DNA of 64,000 bases. Origin: Perna viridis (Eukaryota). Within the stretch, counting starts at the first letter, position 1. Each line of letters opens with the position of its first letter. The stretch lies in contig CM074519.1 in the NCBI GenBank assembly GCA_037379345.1, forward strand, positions 124,001 to 188,000, in the 5' to 3' direction. The translations under genes were made by a program, and so were the position numbers. The notes beneath the pieces are model-generated. The model was not told where the DNA came from. It did no database searches and worked only from the letters and a program-made list of their open reading frames with translations. This document shows positions 27,801-38,340 of this stretch, piece by piece.

Positions 27801-30800
27801 CAATCTGCTCAAAGTCAAACTCATCACCACTGTCCATTTCCCCATTTGCTGCTAAATTGTAACTCTTGACTTTTTCTGTTTTTGTGATCTAACATTAAAT
27901 TAACAAAAAAAATAGATCGAGCTACATTTCACAGCTATTTTCCCATGACCATCATCATCTTTTATAGGCGTTGTATTATTAGTCTGAACATATGACAGTT
28001 GCATTGGCCATATGCCAGGAACGTCAGTGGTAAAGTATTGAATAGGCCACATAAGCACGATGTCGACAATCTGGTACCCAAAATTGAATCGGAAATGGAA
28101 TTACGTAAACCAGTCAACACCTAATAACTAAACAAATAATCCAACCAACAAAGCACTGTGACGGCCATTTTTTACTAACGGTCCTTGGACCTGCGCTCAT
28201 GATAAAAAAATCAGACAACCCTATTTTTTAACGGTCAGGACCGGCAGGACGGACTAATTTCGCGTACTCTGTAGTAGGTATACATGTAACTTGTTTTCCA
28301 TACTTCTTTTTTTGTTTGTTTTTGTAAATGTAGAAAGAAAAATGTAGTATGAACATGAAGCTAAGATATCATAAAATGGGAAAGGTTTATTTCGACATTA
28401 GCAATAATTTTTTTAATTGTGATAATTTTAAGTCAAGTTGTCATTGTTGATTAAGTAAGTACAAGATCTCATTTCACTCCATATAATGTGAGTTGCAAAT
28501 CTCTTTAATATTAAGCACCGTGAGTTCTATGGTTATAACCTGTAATACCTTAATTTCCCTTAAGGTTCCCCAATATACTAACAAAAAAAAAGTCATGCCC
28601 CGGAGGTAAAAAATTTACTGGCCTTACAGAAAAAACTCATTGTTTCCTTAAATAACACAATAAAGATAAAAAGGTTAAGGTTATGTTTCAATAAAATTAA
28701 CTTCATCTTTTCAAAAGATTAAAAAAAGGCTACTGGTTTTGATGAAATCTCACCTAAAATTCTGAAAATAGCTGCAACAGTAGTAAAACATCCAATTACC
28801 AACCTGATCAACATGGCTTTTGAAACTTCAGTTTTTCCAGACAAATTAAAAATAGCAAAGGTGGTACCAATTCACAAGAAAAACAGCACACTAGAAAAAG
28901 GAAACTACAGACCAGTCAGTGTACATGTACTACCAACCATCCCAAAACTTTATGAAAGAGCTATTGAATCTCAGATGTGTGAATTTTTTTATACCAAATT
29001 TAACATTTTCTTGTCTGCTTTTAGACCTGGCTACAGTTGTCAAGATATTTTGATCAAAATTATTGGACTGGTGTAAATCTTTAGATAAAAATAAGTTCAC
29101 TGCTGCTATACTGATGGATCTGTCAAAAGAGTTTGATTGTCTACCACATGATCTGCTCCTGCTGAAATTGATAAGTTATGGTTTGTCTGAAAATGCCCTA
29201 TCTTTATTAAATAGCTATTTTAAAAACAGGAAGCAGTGTGTTAAAATTGGTTCTATATGCAGTCCTTTTTTGGACATCTATAATGGGGTTCCAAAGGGGT
29301 CAATCTTGGGACCTGTCCTTTTTAATATCTTCATTAATGATATATTTCACTTTATTTCAAAAAGTGACTTACATAACTATGCTGATAACAATACTTTATC
29401 ATATAGCAGCAATGATCTACAAGATATTGTAAACACTCTGGAACAGGAGAGTAGTATTTTAATCAAATGGTTCTCAATAATCATATGAAAGCCAATCCTG
29501 ACAAGTTTTAGGCTATTGCGACTGGTGGTAAGACTCAAAAGAGTACATTTTTTTTAATTTAGATGGTAATGATATCCTCTGTGAGGATGAAGTAAAGCTA
29601 CTTGGTATAATATTTGATTTTAAATTGAACTTTAATAGCCATATCTCTAATATACATGTATGTAAAAAGGCAACACAACAATTAAATGTATTAAAAAGAA
29701 TTGGAAATCATCTCAGTAAATTTGGTAAACTTACAATATATTATTATTTTATACTGGCAAATTTCAACTATTGTCCATTAGTATGGCATTTTTGTAATGA
29801 AAGCTGTACAAAAAAGTTAGAAAAGATTCAAGAAAGGGCTTTATGCCTTATTTATAAAGATGATGAAAGTACATACATGTATGAAGAGTTGTTTTAAAGT
29901 CTAAGATGCCATCCTTAACAGTTAGACGATTGAGATTTTTATCTATACATGTACACGTATATAAAATAATAAACAAACTTACTCCTGTATACTTACATGA
30001 TATGATAACTGTTAAAGAAATTTCTTACCCTTAGGTATACAAACTTGGTGAACATACCAAGAGTAAACACAACCAATTATGGCCTGCACTCTGTCAGCTA
30101 TGGGGCAGCTAAACTGTGGAACTTTCAAATGAACTAACAGGGGACATGGGCCTTGATCAATTTAAAAGTTTGATCAATAAGTGGGAGGGGAAAGGATGTT
30201 CTTGTTCCTTTTGCCAATAGTTTGGCTTACCCAACTTGATAGATGCAACATCATCTCCTTAAAATCTTTCAATTTATTATTTTAATCTTGCTGGCATGTT
30301 AATTTTAATGTTTTTAGCTGCTTAATAACATCTGCTTTGAAATTTAGTCTGCATTGCTTTTATTTTAGTGCTTTTTTTATGTGTTTGATTACTTGCATGT
30401 TATTTATAATTTGTATGTCATATTGGGTTTCAGTTAATATGTCTTATGTTTTATTTATGTTGATTTTAAAAGAGCTATTGTATTGAATGATTTATATCAA
30501 CTTTAAATAAAGTTTACTTGACTTGCCTTTAAAAGAAGTATATAGAATGTAATACAGTACATGTATGATGTGTTTTTAAAACGTTTGGGAAAGCTGTGGA
30601 TGTACGTATGTGTATCTCCACTACTCCACTCTTGCTGTTGTCAAGAACCGAACCTGCCTCGGAAAAACTATAACTCCTATTGTATTATCCATCTAAAACC
30701 ATAGCTTTTCTAAGATAGGAAAGGCAATCATTTTCTTTTAGAAATTTACAGCTGTCAGTTGCATTTCAATTTAACATCACATGATATGCATAAAATATTC

Positions 30801-31314
30801 CCAACAAAAAATCTCTTCCGACCCCACCTCTCTGTGCCAAAGGGGTTTTAAATGTCCTATACTATTTTTATGAGTCTTGCACAGATGGTACATGTACATT
30901 GTAGCATTGTAGGAAAGGCTAATGATTCTCGCTGATTTAGGCAATGCCTACTCCATATTTACAGGTCTATGATTATATATGCCACAATTCATGTATACTA
31001 TACTACTCCTGTATGTGATTGTAAATGTATAAAGTTGATACTAAATCGAAATTAATCTATCTATCTACATGTACATGTATGTGTAACAATTGTGTCTGAG
31101 GATCGTTCAGAGGGAGCTTTACAATTACAATTTACAGATTCACTAACATAACTTTTACCCAGTCAAAACAATTACACTGAATAAAATCCCTGGTGGTCTG
31201 TAGATTGATTTCATTTGTTCTGCAGAATTCTTCCCATGCATAATGGTAGTAATAATCTAAGATCCAACTATTTGCTCTTTCCTCCACCAGTGTTTTTGTA
31301 TTTTCTCCCGCCAT
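9565..31314 (-). CDS. TERF: Telomeric repeat-binding factor (TRF1/TRF2 family), 12 coding exons, 418 aa: join(31176-31314, 25454-25683, 24111-24197, 22334-22483, 21519-21571, 20234-20345, 19380-19422, 16037-16067, 15384-15433, 13083-13110, 11055-11128, 9565-9824)
   Basis: All introns GT-AG with compatible phases; total 1257 nt open. TRFH: ANSWILDYYYH...LFLCRLSDG...TALEEAL...VKKQ|AVLVCC...DVFNRLW...FNSYNKF...YLLQ. Myb telobox: WNYSE...GVGNWSKI...RTGVQLKDRWR. Small linker exons are less certain than the domain exons. Confidence 0.88.
11055..11128 (-). CDS. TERF: TRF exon 11 (TNEKLQEVKDRRELSDDGSGPDEH)
   Basis: tttcag acceptor, A|gtaata donor, phase 2 to 1. Confidence 0.75.
11643..13042. repeat. 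52/43-bp intronic minisatellite, interrupted by a retroelement 3' fragment at about 12409-12617
   Basis: Unit gatactttacactactgaagccttgtcctgactcagtgaccaggcaataatg, with 43-bp variants. Confidence 0.9.
13083..13110 (-). CDS. TERF: TRF exon 10 (28 nt, DVSESENNS)
   Basis: Strong pyrimidine tract ttctttttttcttcag, AG|gtattg donor, phase 1 to 2. Confidence 0.7.
15384..15433 (-). CDS. TERF: TRF exon 9 (AKRRKLDSVNNNSLCE; basic NLS-like motif)
   Basis: cttgtag acceptor, G|gtatta donor, phase 2 to 1. Confidence 0.72.
16037..16067 (-). CDS. TERF: TRF exon 8 (31 nt, KSPVREIGT)
   Basis: ctgttgtag acceptor, AG|gtaatt donor, phase 1 to 2. Confidence 0.68.
16120..16487. repeat. 35-bp intronic minisatellite, about 10 copies
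   Basis: Unit gaggaataacacagtgattcctaaatacacctcat. Confidence 0.9.
18863..19410. repeat. 42-bp minisatellite derived from the 3' end and donor of TRF exon 7
   Basis: Minus-strand unit TCAGTTAATGCCAAACATCACCAGTCA-GTAAGTACATTCTAG; interrupted at about 19190-19320. Confidence 0.88.
19380..19422 (-). CDS. TERF: TRF exon 7 (KKKGQVNTCRTSQV)
   Basis: tctttcag acceptor, A|gtaaga donor, phase 0 to 1. Confidence 0.72.
19765..19969. mobile_element. MITE (same family as 60067-60277), left end degraded
   Basis: Subterminal inverted repeats cgtgaggtaccaatttt / aaaattggtacccacg; right end tttcacagta. Confidence 0.65.
20234..20345 (-). CDS. TERF: TRF exon 6 (STFSHETIERYIEKNRIRMLSPREQQNLEMKLKLIREA)
   Basis: catttcag acceptor, GCA|gtatgt donor, phase 2 to 0. 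Confidence 0.78.
20938..21535. repeat. About 44-bp minisatellite derived from the 3' end and donor of TRF exon 5
   Basis: Unit acctgtgttttatgtcattggaagtgttgcatgacaaatttttt; its first copy overlaps the exon end ATGACATTAAACACAG|gtaag. Confidence 0.88.
21519..21571 (-). CDS. TERF: TRF exon 5 (QADYIVKKCNLTDDIKH)
   Basis: aatttcag acceptor, AG|gtaaga donor, phase 0 to 2. Confidence 0.8.
22334..22483 (-). CDS. TERF: TRF exon 4 (C-terminal part of TRFH)
   Basis: tttcag|NVVEHLTMVLASLDKDHNYIHFNSYNKFLKKAVSCLTEIHNTFSIPYLLQ|gtaaaa. Confidence 0.85.
22505..22832. repeat. 44-bp intronic minisatellite, about 7 copies
   Basis: Unit tacaggtaaaaggtccccataaatactggaatatttctaaacta. Confidence 0.85.
24111..24197 (-). 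CDS. TERF: TRF exon 3 (AVLVCCRANDFLTGQDVFNRLWETDKNEK)
   Basis: ttgtag acceptor, AAG|gtcttg donor; aligns to TRF1 AIAVCMENGNFKEAEEVFERIF. Confidence 0.85.
24364..24626 (-). mobile_element. 3' fragment of the Penelope-like retroelement family
   Basis: Near-identical to 53324-53586; ends GGTTCCCTTGATTACTCTT. Confidence 0.8.
25454..25683 (-). CDS. TERF: TRF exon 2 (TRFH core)
   Basis: tttcag acceptor, CAA|gtaagt donor; QILLFLCRLSDG...DLTALEEAL...LRTTVKKQ aligns to TRF1 ICQFLTRIAAG...RITPLESAL...IQNLIKIQ. Confidence 0.9.
28720..30525 (+). mobile_element. 5'-truncated, degenerate CR1/L2-type LINE in TRF intron 1 (antisense to TRF)
   Basis: RT motifs KVVPIHKK, NYRPVS, MDLSKEFD, GVPKGSILGPVLFNIFIND, YADNN; frameshifts and stops; 3' end aataaagtttacttgacttg. 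Confidence 0.9.
31176..31314 (-). CDS. TERF: TRF exon 1 (MAGENTKTLVEERANSWILDYYYHYAWEEFCRTNEINLQTTRDFIQ)
   Basis: atcATGG start with in-frame TAG 21 nt upstream; T|gtaatt donor phase 1; matches the first TRFH helix (WxLDF/Y). Confidence 0.85.
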
Positions 31315-31590
31315 GATGATTGTTGTTCTGATCTATCATCTGGTGCATGTCAACTCGTCCCTGTTTCATTCGTACCCAGCAGTCCTCAGTGCCATTGGAC
31401 TCCTAACATTTTTGCTAAAAAGCAATTCGCAGCAAAATATAATATATATGTACTGACGGTATATAAAATAAAGTTTGAAAACTAAATAGTCCCAGTCACA
31501 ATTTAATCCCATTTGGAATTCAGTGTCCGGAGCTGTTTTCTTATGTGGTTCTCCAAACCCAAAAAGTTGAAAACTAACGCAATGGTCCTG

Positions 31591-31723
31591 CAGCCCTTTT
31601 CACAAAAAAAATCCAAGGAGTAAAATTAGCCATAAGTTGTGACGTCACAATACTTAACTTTATTATGACATCATAACTTATGACTAATTTTACACTTACG
31701 ATTTTTTGTGAAAAGGACCGCTG
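31591..31723. mobile_element. Palindromic MITE-like element about 280 bp upstream of the TRF start
   Basis: cttttcacaaaaaa...gtaaaattagccataagtt mirrored by aacttatgactaattttac...ttttttgtgaaaag; contains TGACGTCA at 31640-31647. Confidence 0.7.
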
Positions 31724-32149
31724 ACTTGGTACAGGTATGGTGTAAAATGCACGAGCATATTTCTGTTTCTCAATGGTGTCAAGAGATCCCCCGCAGATAG
31801 TGCCAGATGATTGCGTACTAATTTACACATATTGGGGGTTATTTATATCTACTTTCACTTTACAAAAAAACGTGGTCTTGTTGCACAGAAAATAAAAGGA
31901 GTTTTTTTGCCGAAAAGTTATCACTAAATAATTACACACACGCACGCACACTAACACGCATATATAAATAAATACTTTACTTCTTAATTAATGTAATATA
32001 TTAGATTGAAACACCGATTCATAGATATAATTATTATGCGAAGCCTTTTTTTATGTAAAAGTGAGAAACTTTAATTCTTAAGAGGTTCTCAGTAGATGAT
32101 ATAGATAGATATAAACAGCTTATAAAGGACAGTGTTTATTCTATCTGTA

Positions 32150-33130
32150 GGAACAAATACATATAGATCTGACAATGGGTTACCCATGGTAGGAGTAAAG
32201 ATATAGATATAATATTGGGTTAACAATGGTCCCGCATAGGAACAAACGTATAGATACAGCATTGAGTTACCCATGGTGATATATAGTAACATACATATAG
32301 ATATAATATTGGTTACCAATGGTCCTCTATAGCAACATAAATAAGATATAAAATTGGGTTGCATATGGTCCTCTTTAAGAACATACATATAGATATAACA
32401 TCGGGTTACCCATGGTCCTCTATAGATGCAAACATATAGATATAAAATCGGATTACCCATGGCCATATATGGGAACATACATATAGATATAGCATTGTGT
32501 TACCCATGGTTCCATATATGAACAAACTTATAGATATAACATTGGAATTCCTTTGGTACCCAATAGAAAATACAAATAGATATAACCTTCGGTTACCCAT
32601 GGTCCTCTGTAGGAACATACATATAGATATACAATTGGGTTACCCATGATCTTCTGTAATAACATACATACAGATATAACATTGGGTTACCTATGGTTCT
32701 CTGTAGAAACATACATATAGATATAACACGTGGTTACCCATCGTCCTCTGTAGGAAAATACAAATAGATTTAACATTGGGTTACTCATGGTTCTCTATCA
32801 GAACATACATAAGATATAATATTAGATAACCAATGGTACCTCATAGGAACAAACACATAGATACAATATCGGGTTACCCACGGTACACTGTAGGAACGTA
32901 CATAATATATAATATTGGGTTATCCATGGTCCTCTATAAGAAAAGACATATAGATATAACACTGGTTACCCGTGGTCCCCTGTAGGAACATAAATATAAT
33001 ATAGATATAACATATGGTTACCCACGATCCCCAGTTTGAACTAACGTTTAGATATAACATTGTGCTGCCCATGGTCCCCTATTGGAACATACTTGTGGAT
33101 ATAATATACTTATATAATATAGTGTTACCT
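32150..33130 (+). repeat. 47-bp satellite A (left arm)
   Basis: Unit gggttacccatggtcctctgtaggaacatacatatagatataacatt, about 20 diverged copies. Confidence 0.9.
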
Positions 33131-34599
33131 CAGAACCCCTTTTATATATTTTACAGCTTTCGTTGAATCGGTCAGAAGAAACTGGACAATGCGAACAATA
33201 TTCCAATGTCTATGTTTCAGACATCTTGACTTGAAAGACCGGGGAAGAACTAAATGATCAGGTATTGCTTTTTTATAACCACAAAGAATGAAACGTAATT
33301 GTGCTCCATTTTGATTTATAACTTTTTTTCTAATTTACTGTTTATTTACTCTTAGTGTAGCTATGCTATGCAAACACTATAATTTTAAAATGATAGAGTA
33401 AACTTCTATCACAATTACCAAAATTTATTTCAGATGTATATACGTGTATTAATCCTGATACATTTAGTTATAGAAAACAAGTATATCTTTACAAATCATG
33501 TTGTCTAGAAACGGTTTGGATTGTTATTGGCTGTATTAGTCTGTTTGGAGGAATGGGTTTGTCTTGTAGCATATGAAGTCAAAATTTTGTTTTTATATTT
33601 TGTGTGTTTCTGCAATCTTTCTATTTTTCGTTGTCGATTGTTTTTAGCTTATCCAGATAATCACTACCCATGCCTGGTTATTGACAAGAAGGTATGACTA
33701 AGTTAAACAGTTAGGTTTTAACATGCTTATTTACTTATATGAATGACGGGGAAGTACCCCGACCCTTGATTTTAGCGTACGCTAAAAGAAATGACAGCGT
33801 CTCCTGCCTAAAATTTTGAAACTTTACGCAGTGAATCCTGCGTACATGCTAAATTCAGGAATCTTGCGCCTGCAGAAGTATTGCTTACGCTCTAAAAACG
33901 AGCTGCGTAAAAAAGGGGGAGGGGTTACACACGCACAATGACATTTTTCATCACTGGAATCATGTTATTGATTCACGTTATGATTTTATGTTAAGTGTAT
34001 AAAGTTACAGTTCTCATTTGTAGGGTATTCAGATTCAGATTTGTCAATATATCAAGGTTTTGTCATTCTGAATGTCTACCTCAAATTAGGGTTCCAATGC
34101 TCTGTTTTTTATAATCAAATTATCTGCTTTAATTAGTTTAGGAGTGCTGTATCCTAAGTTGTCTATATTCTGTTTAGAAATGCTTTGTGCAATATTTCAG
34201 GTGGTCTTTTGCCTAAACAGTTATATTCTGACAGACATATGTAGGGGTAAGACTTCTGTAAAGTGGTCCAAAAAAGTACATTTTCACATTTGCTGCAAAA
34301 TCAAACATTAGAAAAATCTGGTTGGAAAAATGAAAGTGTCTTTATAAGTCTTGTGCAAAAGGCATTATAATTAAATTAACATCACTCAGATTGTACTAAT
34401 TACATCTAGATAAATACTTTGAATCAAATGATGTAATTTTAAATAAACATATCATAAATAATTAATTATTAAAAGGAGTAACTCCTTTATACACAAAACT
34501 TTGTACAGCTTAGATCATTTTCGCTCTACTGGTAAGGTGAGGTCCTTTCGGCTATTTGTTCTCCATCAGCTCTTGACATATTTGGTCGTTCGGAAAATA

Positions 34600-34968
34600 C
34601 ATCTCACAAGGATCTAGATACTCCTCTAATCTATCTATATATTTCTAACAAGCATCTAGTAATTTTGCAGACGCATCCAGTTGCTCCTTACAACCACCTA
34701 GATACTTCTCAGGAGCATATAGATGCTTCTCACAACTATCTAGGTACTTCTCACATGTATCTAGATGCTTTTTACAACTATCTAGATACTTCGCACAACC
34801 ATCTAGATGCTTCTCACAACACTATAGGTGCTTCTTACAACTATCTAGTTACTTTTTAAGGCTTCTAGATCCTTCTCAAAACTATCTAGAAACTTCTCAC
34901 AAGTATCTAGATGCATGCCTTATCCACATGTATCTAGATACTTCATACAAGCATTTAGACACTGCTAG
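34600..34968 (+). repeat. 21-bp satellite B (left arm)
   Basis: Unit tctagatacttctcacaacta. Confidence 0.85.
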
Positions 34969-35040
34969 AAATTTAATAAAATTACGCAAAACGGATAAAA
35001 AATTGGAATAATATTGACGTCTCCGCCAATAAAATTCACT

Positions 35041-35560
35041 GTTCCCGTGCAGGTCCGGGTGTTAAAAGAATAGGCCTGCAGCAGCGCTAAGTTTGTCGTA
35101 AAAGGCGACTAAATAGTGCTCAGAACCCTAGCCGGGGGCTATGGCGCTCTGCCCACAGAGCAACTGGGATGTGTACCCCAGGTGGTGGAATGGGGTACCC
35201 CTGGCGTGTTACATGCTGGGATTGTCAGGCTATAATACGGAAAACCTGACCGCAAACCATAGCGGTGCACCGTGTTGGGAAAGATGTCACGTTCCTCGCA
35301 CGTTAAAGAGCCCTGCTGTGGTGTTCTCCCGGAGTGGGAACCATGGGGTTCCGCCACAGGAGGCTAAATTGCCCGACACTGCCCACCTCTCCCTATTTCC
35401 AGTGGCAATCACAATTCGTCGACCCCATTGTCCTTGTGTCCCATCCCTTTTTCATTTCATCATCATTTCATGTTCATTTTATCATCAATTTCATGTTCAT
35501 TGTCTGAATATAGCTGAAATATTGCTGCTCGGACGTTAAGCCCCAACAAACAAACAAACC
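35041..35560 (+). mobile_element. GC-rich SINE-like retroelement with structured 5' head and (CAAA)n tail
   Basis: GC-rich block in AT-rich flanks; 3' end gctgaaatattgctg...cgttaagccccaacaaacaaacaaa; 5' pairings described in findings. Confidence 0.65.
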
Positions 35561-36159
35561 TTATTCTGAAAAATAAGCTGATGCAACTTGGTTATGCTGT
35601 CGTTAATATAACATGCCATGATCGCCATCACGAACTTATTGATATATGAAGGATCATATATCGATCGGCTATGAGGACAGACTTATTTGTTTCCTGTACC
35701 ACAGTTTTCCACTTTGGATCACTAACGGACTTGACATACGAGCAACTCGGCGAATGATGCAAAATAGCAACCCAGTAACACCAACCCCCCGAATTCACAA
35801 CCCTCTCCAAGACCGTCCGTAGAAGATCGTAGTGGAATCGTGGTAAAACAATGTACGCTGAGGCCAACAAAATACGACCGCAAACCCGTAATTTTGGGAC
35901 TAAGTCGGATACTCTATAATATTTTACGCATATTGAAAATGGCGGACTTTTTAGGCAACGACCATTTTTTATCCTGGGGGTGGGGGTTGGGTTAGGATTT
36001 GATGTCGGATAAGATTTTTTTTTCACGTAAACGCAAAATTGTTAAGCAGTGGCTATTTGATCGGAACCGGTTTAATAGCCTGTCGTTTATGGACATTCAA
36101 CCGGGGACTGAAAAAACAAACAAGTAGTATAATTAAGATATATGTATACTTCGCAAAAA

Positions 36160-36700
36160 CATGTAAATGCTTCTCACAACTATCTAAATATTTTTCACAC
36201 ATATATAGATAATCCTCACAATTATATTGGTACATGTACTTCACACGAATACGATACAACCAAATAATATCATCGATGTATCTTTGATAAGTATCTTCAT
36301 AGTTGTGACAAGCATTTACATGTAGATGCTTTTGCAAATACTTAGATACTTTTGATAAGTACATGTATCTAGATGCTTTTGCGAAGTATCTAAATATTTG
36401 TGAGAAGTATCTAGATTATACGTGCGAAGTATCTAGATACATGTAAGAAGTATCCAAATATATAATTTGTTAGAAGCATCTCAACAGTTGTGAGAAGTAT
36501 CTATATAGTATGAGAAGCATTTAGATGCTTTTGCGAAGTATCTAGATACTTTTGATAAGTGTCTAGATGTTTGTGAAAAGCATCTAGATGTTTTTTGAAG
36601 TATCTAGATACTCGTGAGAAATTTTTGTGTATCTAGGTACTTGTAAAAAGCAGCTAGATACTAGTTAGAAGTATTTAGATAGTTTAGAGAAGTACCTATG
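36160..36700 (-). repeat. 21-bp satellite B in inverted orientation (right arm)
   Basis: Unit ttgtgagaagtatctagatag, the reverse complement of 34600-34968. Confidence 0.85.
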
Positions 36701-37235
36701 TGTATGATCCTATATGGGGTCAATGTTCACCCAATGTTATATCTATATATGTATGTTCGTATAGGGACCATGGGTAACCCAGTGTTATATCTGTATGTAT
36801 GTTCCTATAGGGGACCATGGGTAACCCAGTGTTATATCTATATGTATGTTCCTATAGGGGACCATGGGTAACCCAGTGTTATATCTGTATGTATGTTCCT
36901 ATAGGGGACCATGGGTAACCCAGTGTTATATCTATATGTATGTTCCTATAGGGAACAATGGTCACCCAATATTAAATCTGTATATGGAGGTTCTTTTAGG
37001 GACCATCGGTAACCCAATGTTATATCTATAAATATTTGTTCCTACAGTGGACCATGGGTAACCCAGTGTTATATCTATATGTATGTTCCTATATGGGACC
37101 ATCGGTTACCCAGTGTTACATTTATATGTATGTTCCTACAGGACACCGTTGATAACCCAATGTTATATCAATATGTATATTTCAATAGGGGACCATGGGT
37201 AACCCAATGTTATATCTATATGTATTTTCGTATAG
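36700..37235 (-). repeat. 47-bp satellite A in inverted orientation (right arm)
   Basis: Unit gggaccatgggtaacccagtgttatatctatatgtatgttcctatag, the reverse complement of 32150-33130. Confidence 0.9.
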
Positions 37236-38228
37236 ATCATTGGTAAATGAATTAAAATGTATTAGTATATTTTTATAGTCAATTAAGAAATAAAATAAAA
37301 ATTATAATAATAATAATTAAAATAAAATCCAACCGTGGAGCTGCATTTAACAGGCTAATCTTCCGAAATCAGCCAACAAATGATATCATAATCATTCTGT
37401 AATATATATAACGTTGAGCTACAAGCACAGCTTCTGTTTGTAAAATTTATCATAAAATTTATTCAAAATTTCTCTTATTAGCAAGAACCATAAGAAGCCA
37501 CAGTGACTAAGGGCATTCAATCAACCTTCAAAACTTCGAAGGGTACATGTACATATCACTTTTGAATATAACAAGAATAGATCTTTATAATAGTAGCATG
37601 TCAAAGAAACAGTGACCCAACTATGGTAAAAATATCAGAATTTTATTGACTTTTTTAATCCCCAAAACTCTTTTTTCTGGTTCTGTACGTAGTTTACAAT
37701 TAAGATTTCTGTGTATATGGTCATTTTTCGGGGAGTAGGGCGTATAGATTTAGTAGGTAAAAAGCCCCCTTTCCCCCATTTCACTAGCATTTGTTAAAAT
37801 GAGTTGTACTGTATAGACAAATATGTGTAGTAAAAGTTTTAATTTTGACATTATGGCCATCAACCAAATTAAAACAAAGCTCTAAGACTTCTTCCATAAA
37901 GGACATTTCGTTTATACAAGTACTGCAATTAAACCCTTATTACAGAATGACTTTTATATTTTGTTCGGTCTGAGAGTAGTCAAGGGAACCAGGATTCCAG
38001 CGTAAATCACAAGAATGTAATCCAGGGACAAAGACCAGACATGGAAAACAGACACACATAGCAAAGAATGTAAAATAACCAAAATAATACGAAGCAACAA
38101 ATGTAAAAGCAACTCGGACTCCACTAAAAACTGGGAGCATGGACCAGGTGCTCTTCAGGCATTTTCCACAATACCTTTGTTTTACTACTGATTTACTGGT
38201 TTTTAAAACTTTATACATTACTTTCTAG

Positions 38229-38340
38229 ATATGAATGATTGTGCAAATACTCCATGTTTGAATGGAGGTACATGTATGGATAAGGTACAATGTATTTACG
38301 TGTCAGTATTTCCCGGGATTCACAAGGGACTAATGTCAAA
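38229..38340 (+). pseudogene. Isolated degenerate calcium-binding EGF-like exon
   Basis: ttctag|ATATGAATGATTGT... = (D)MNDCANTPCLNGGTCMDKV, then frameshift, FTCQYFPGFT, stop, CQ, A|gtaatg donor. Confidence 0.7.

Noticed and set aside
32089-34859. ORFs 32089-32478, 32406-32618 and 34665-34859
   Set aside because: Products of the 47-bp and 21-bp satellites; no splice or homology support.
11643-37235. Tandem arrays as CRISPR arrays
   Set aside because: Eukaryotic context, no unique spacers, no cas genes.
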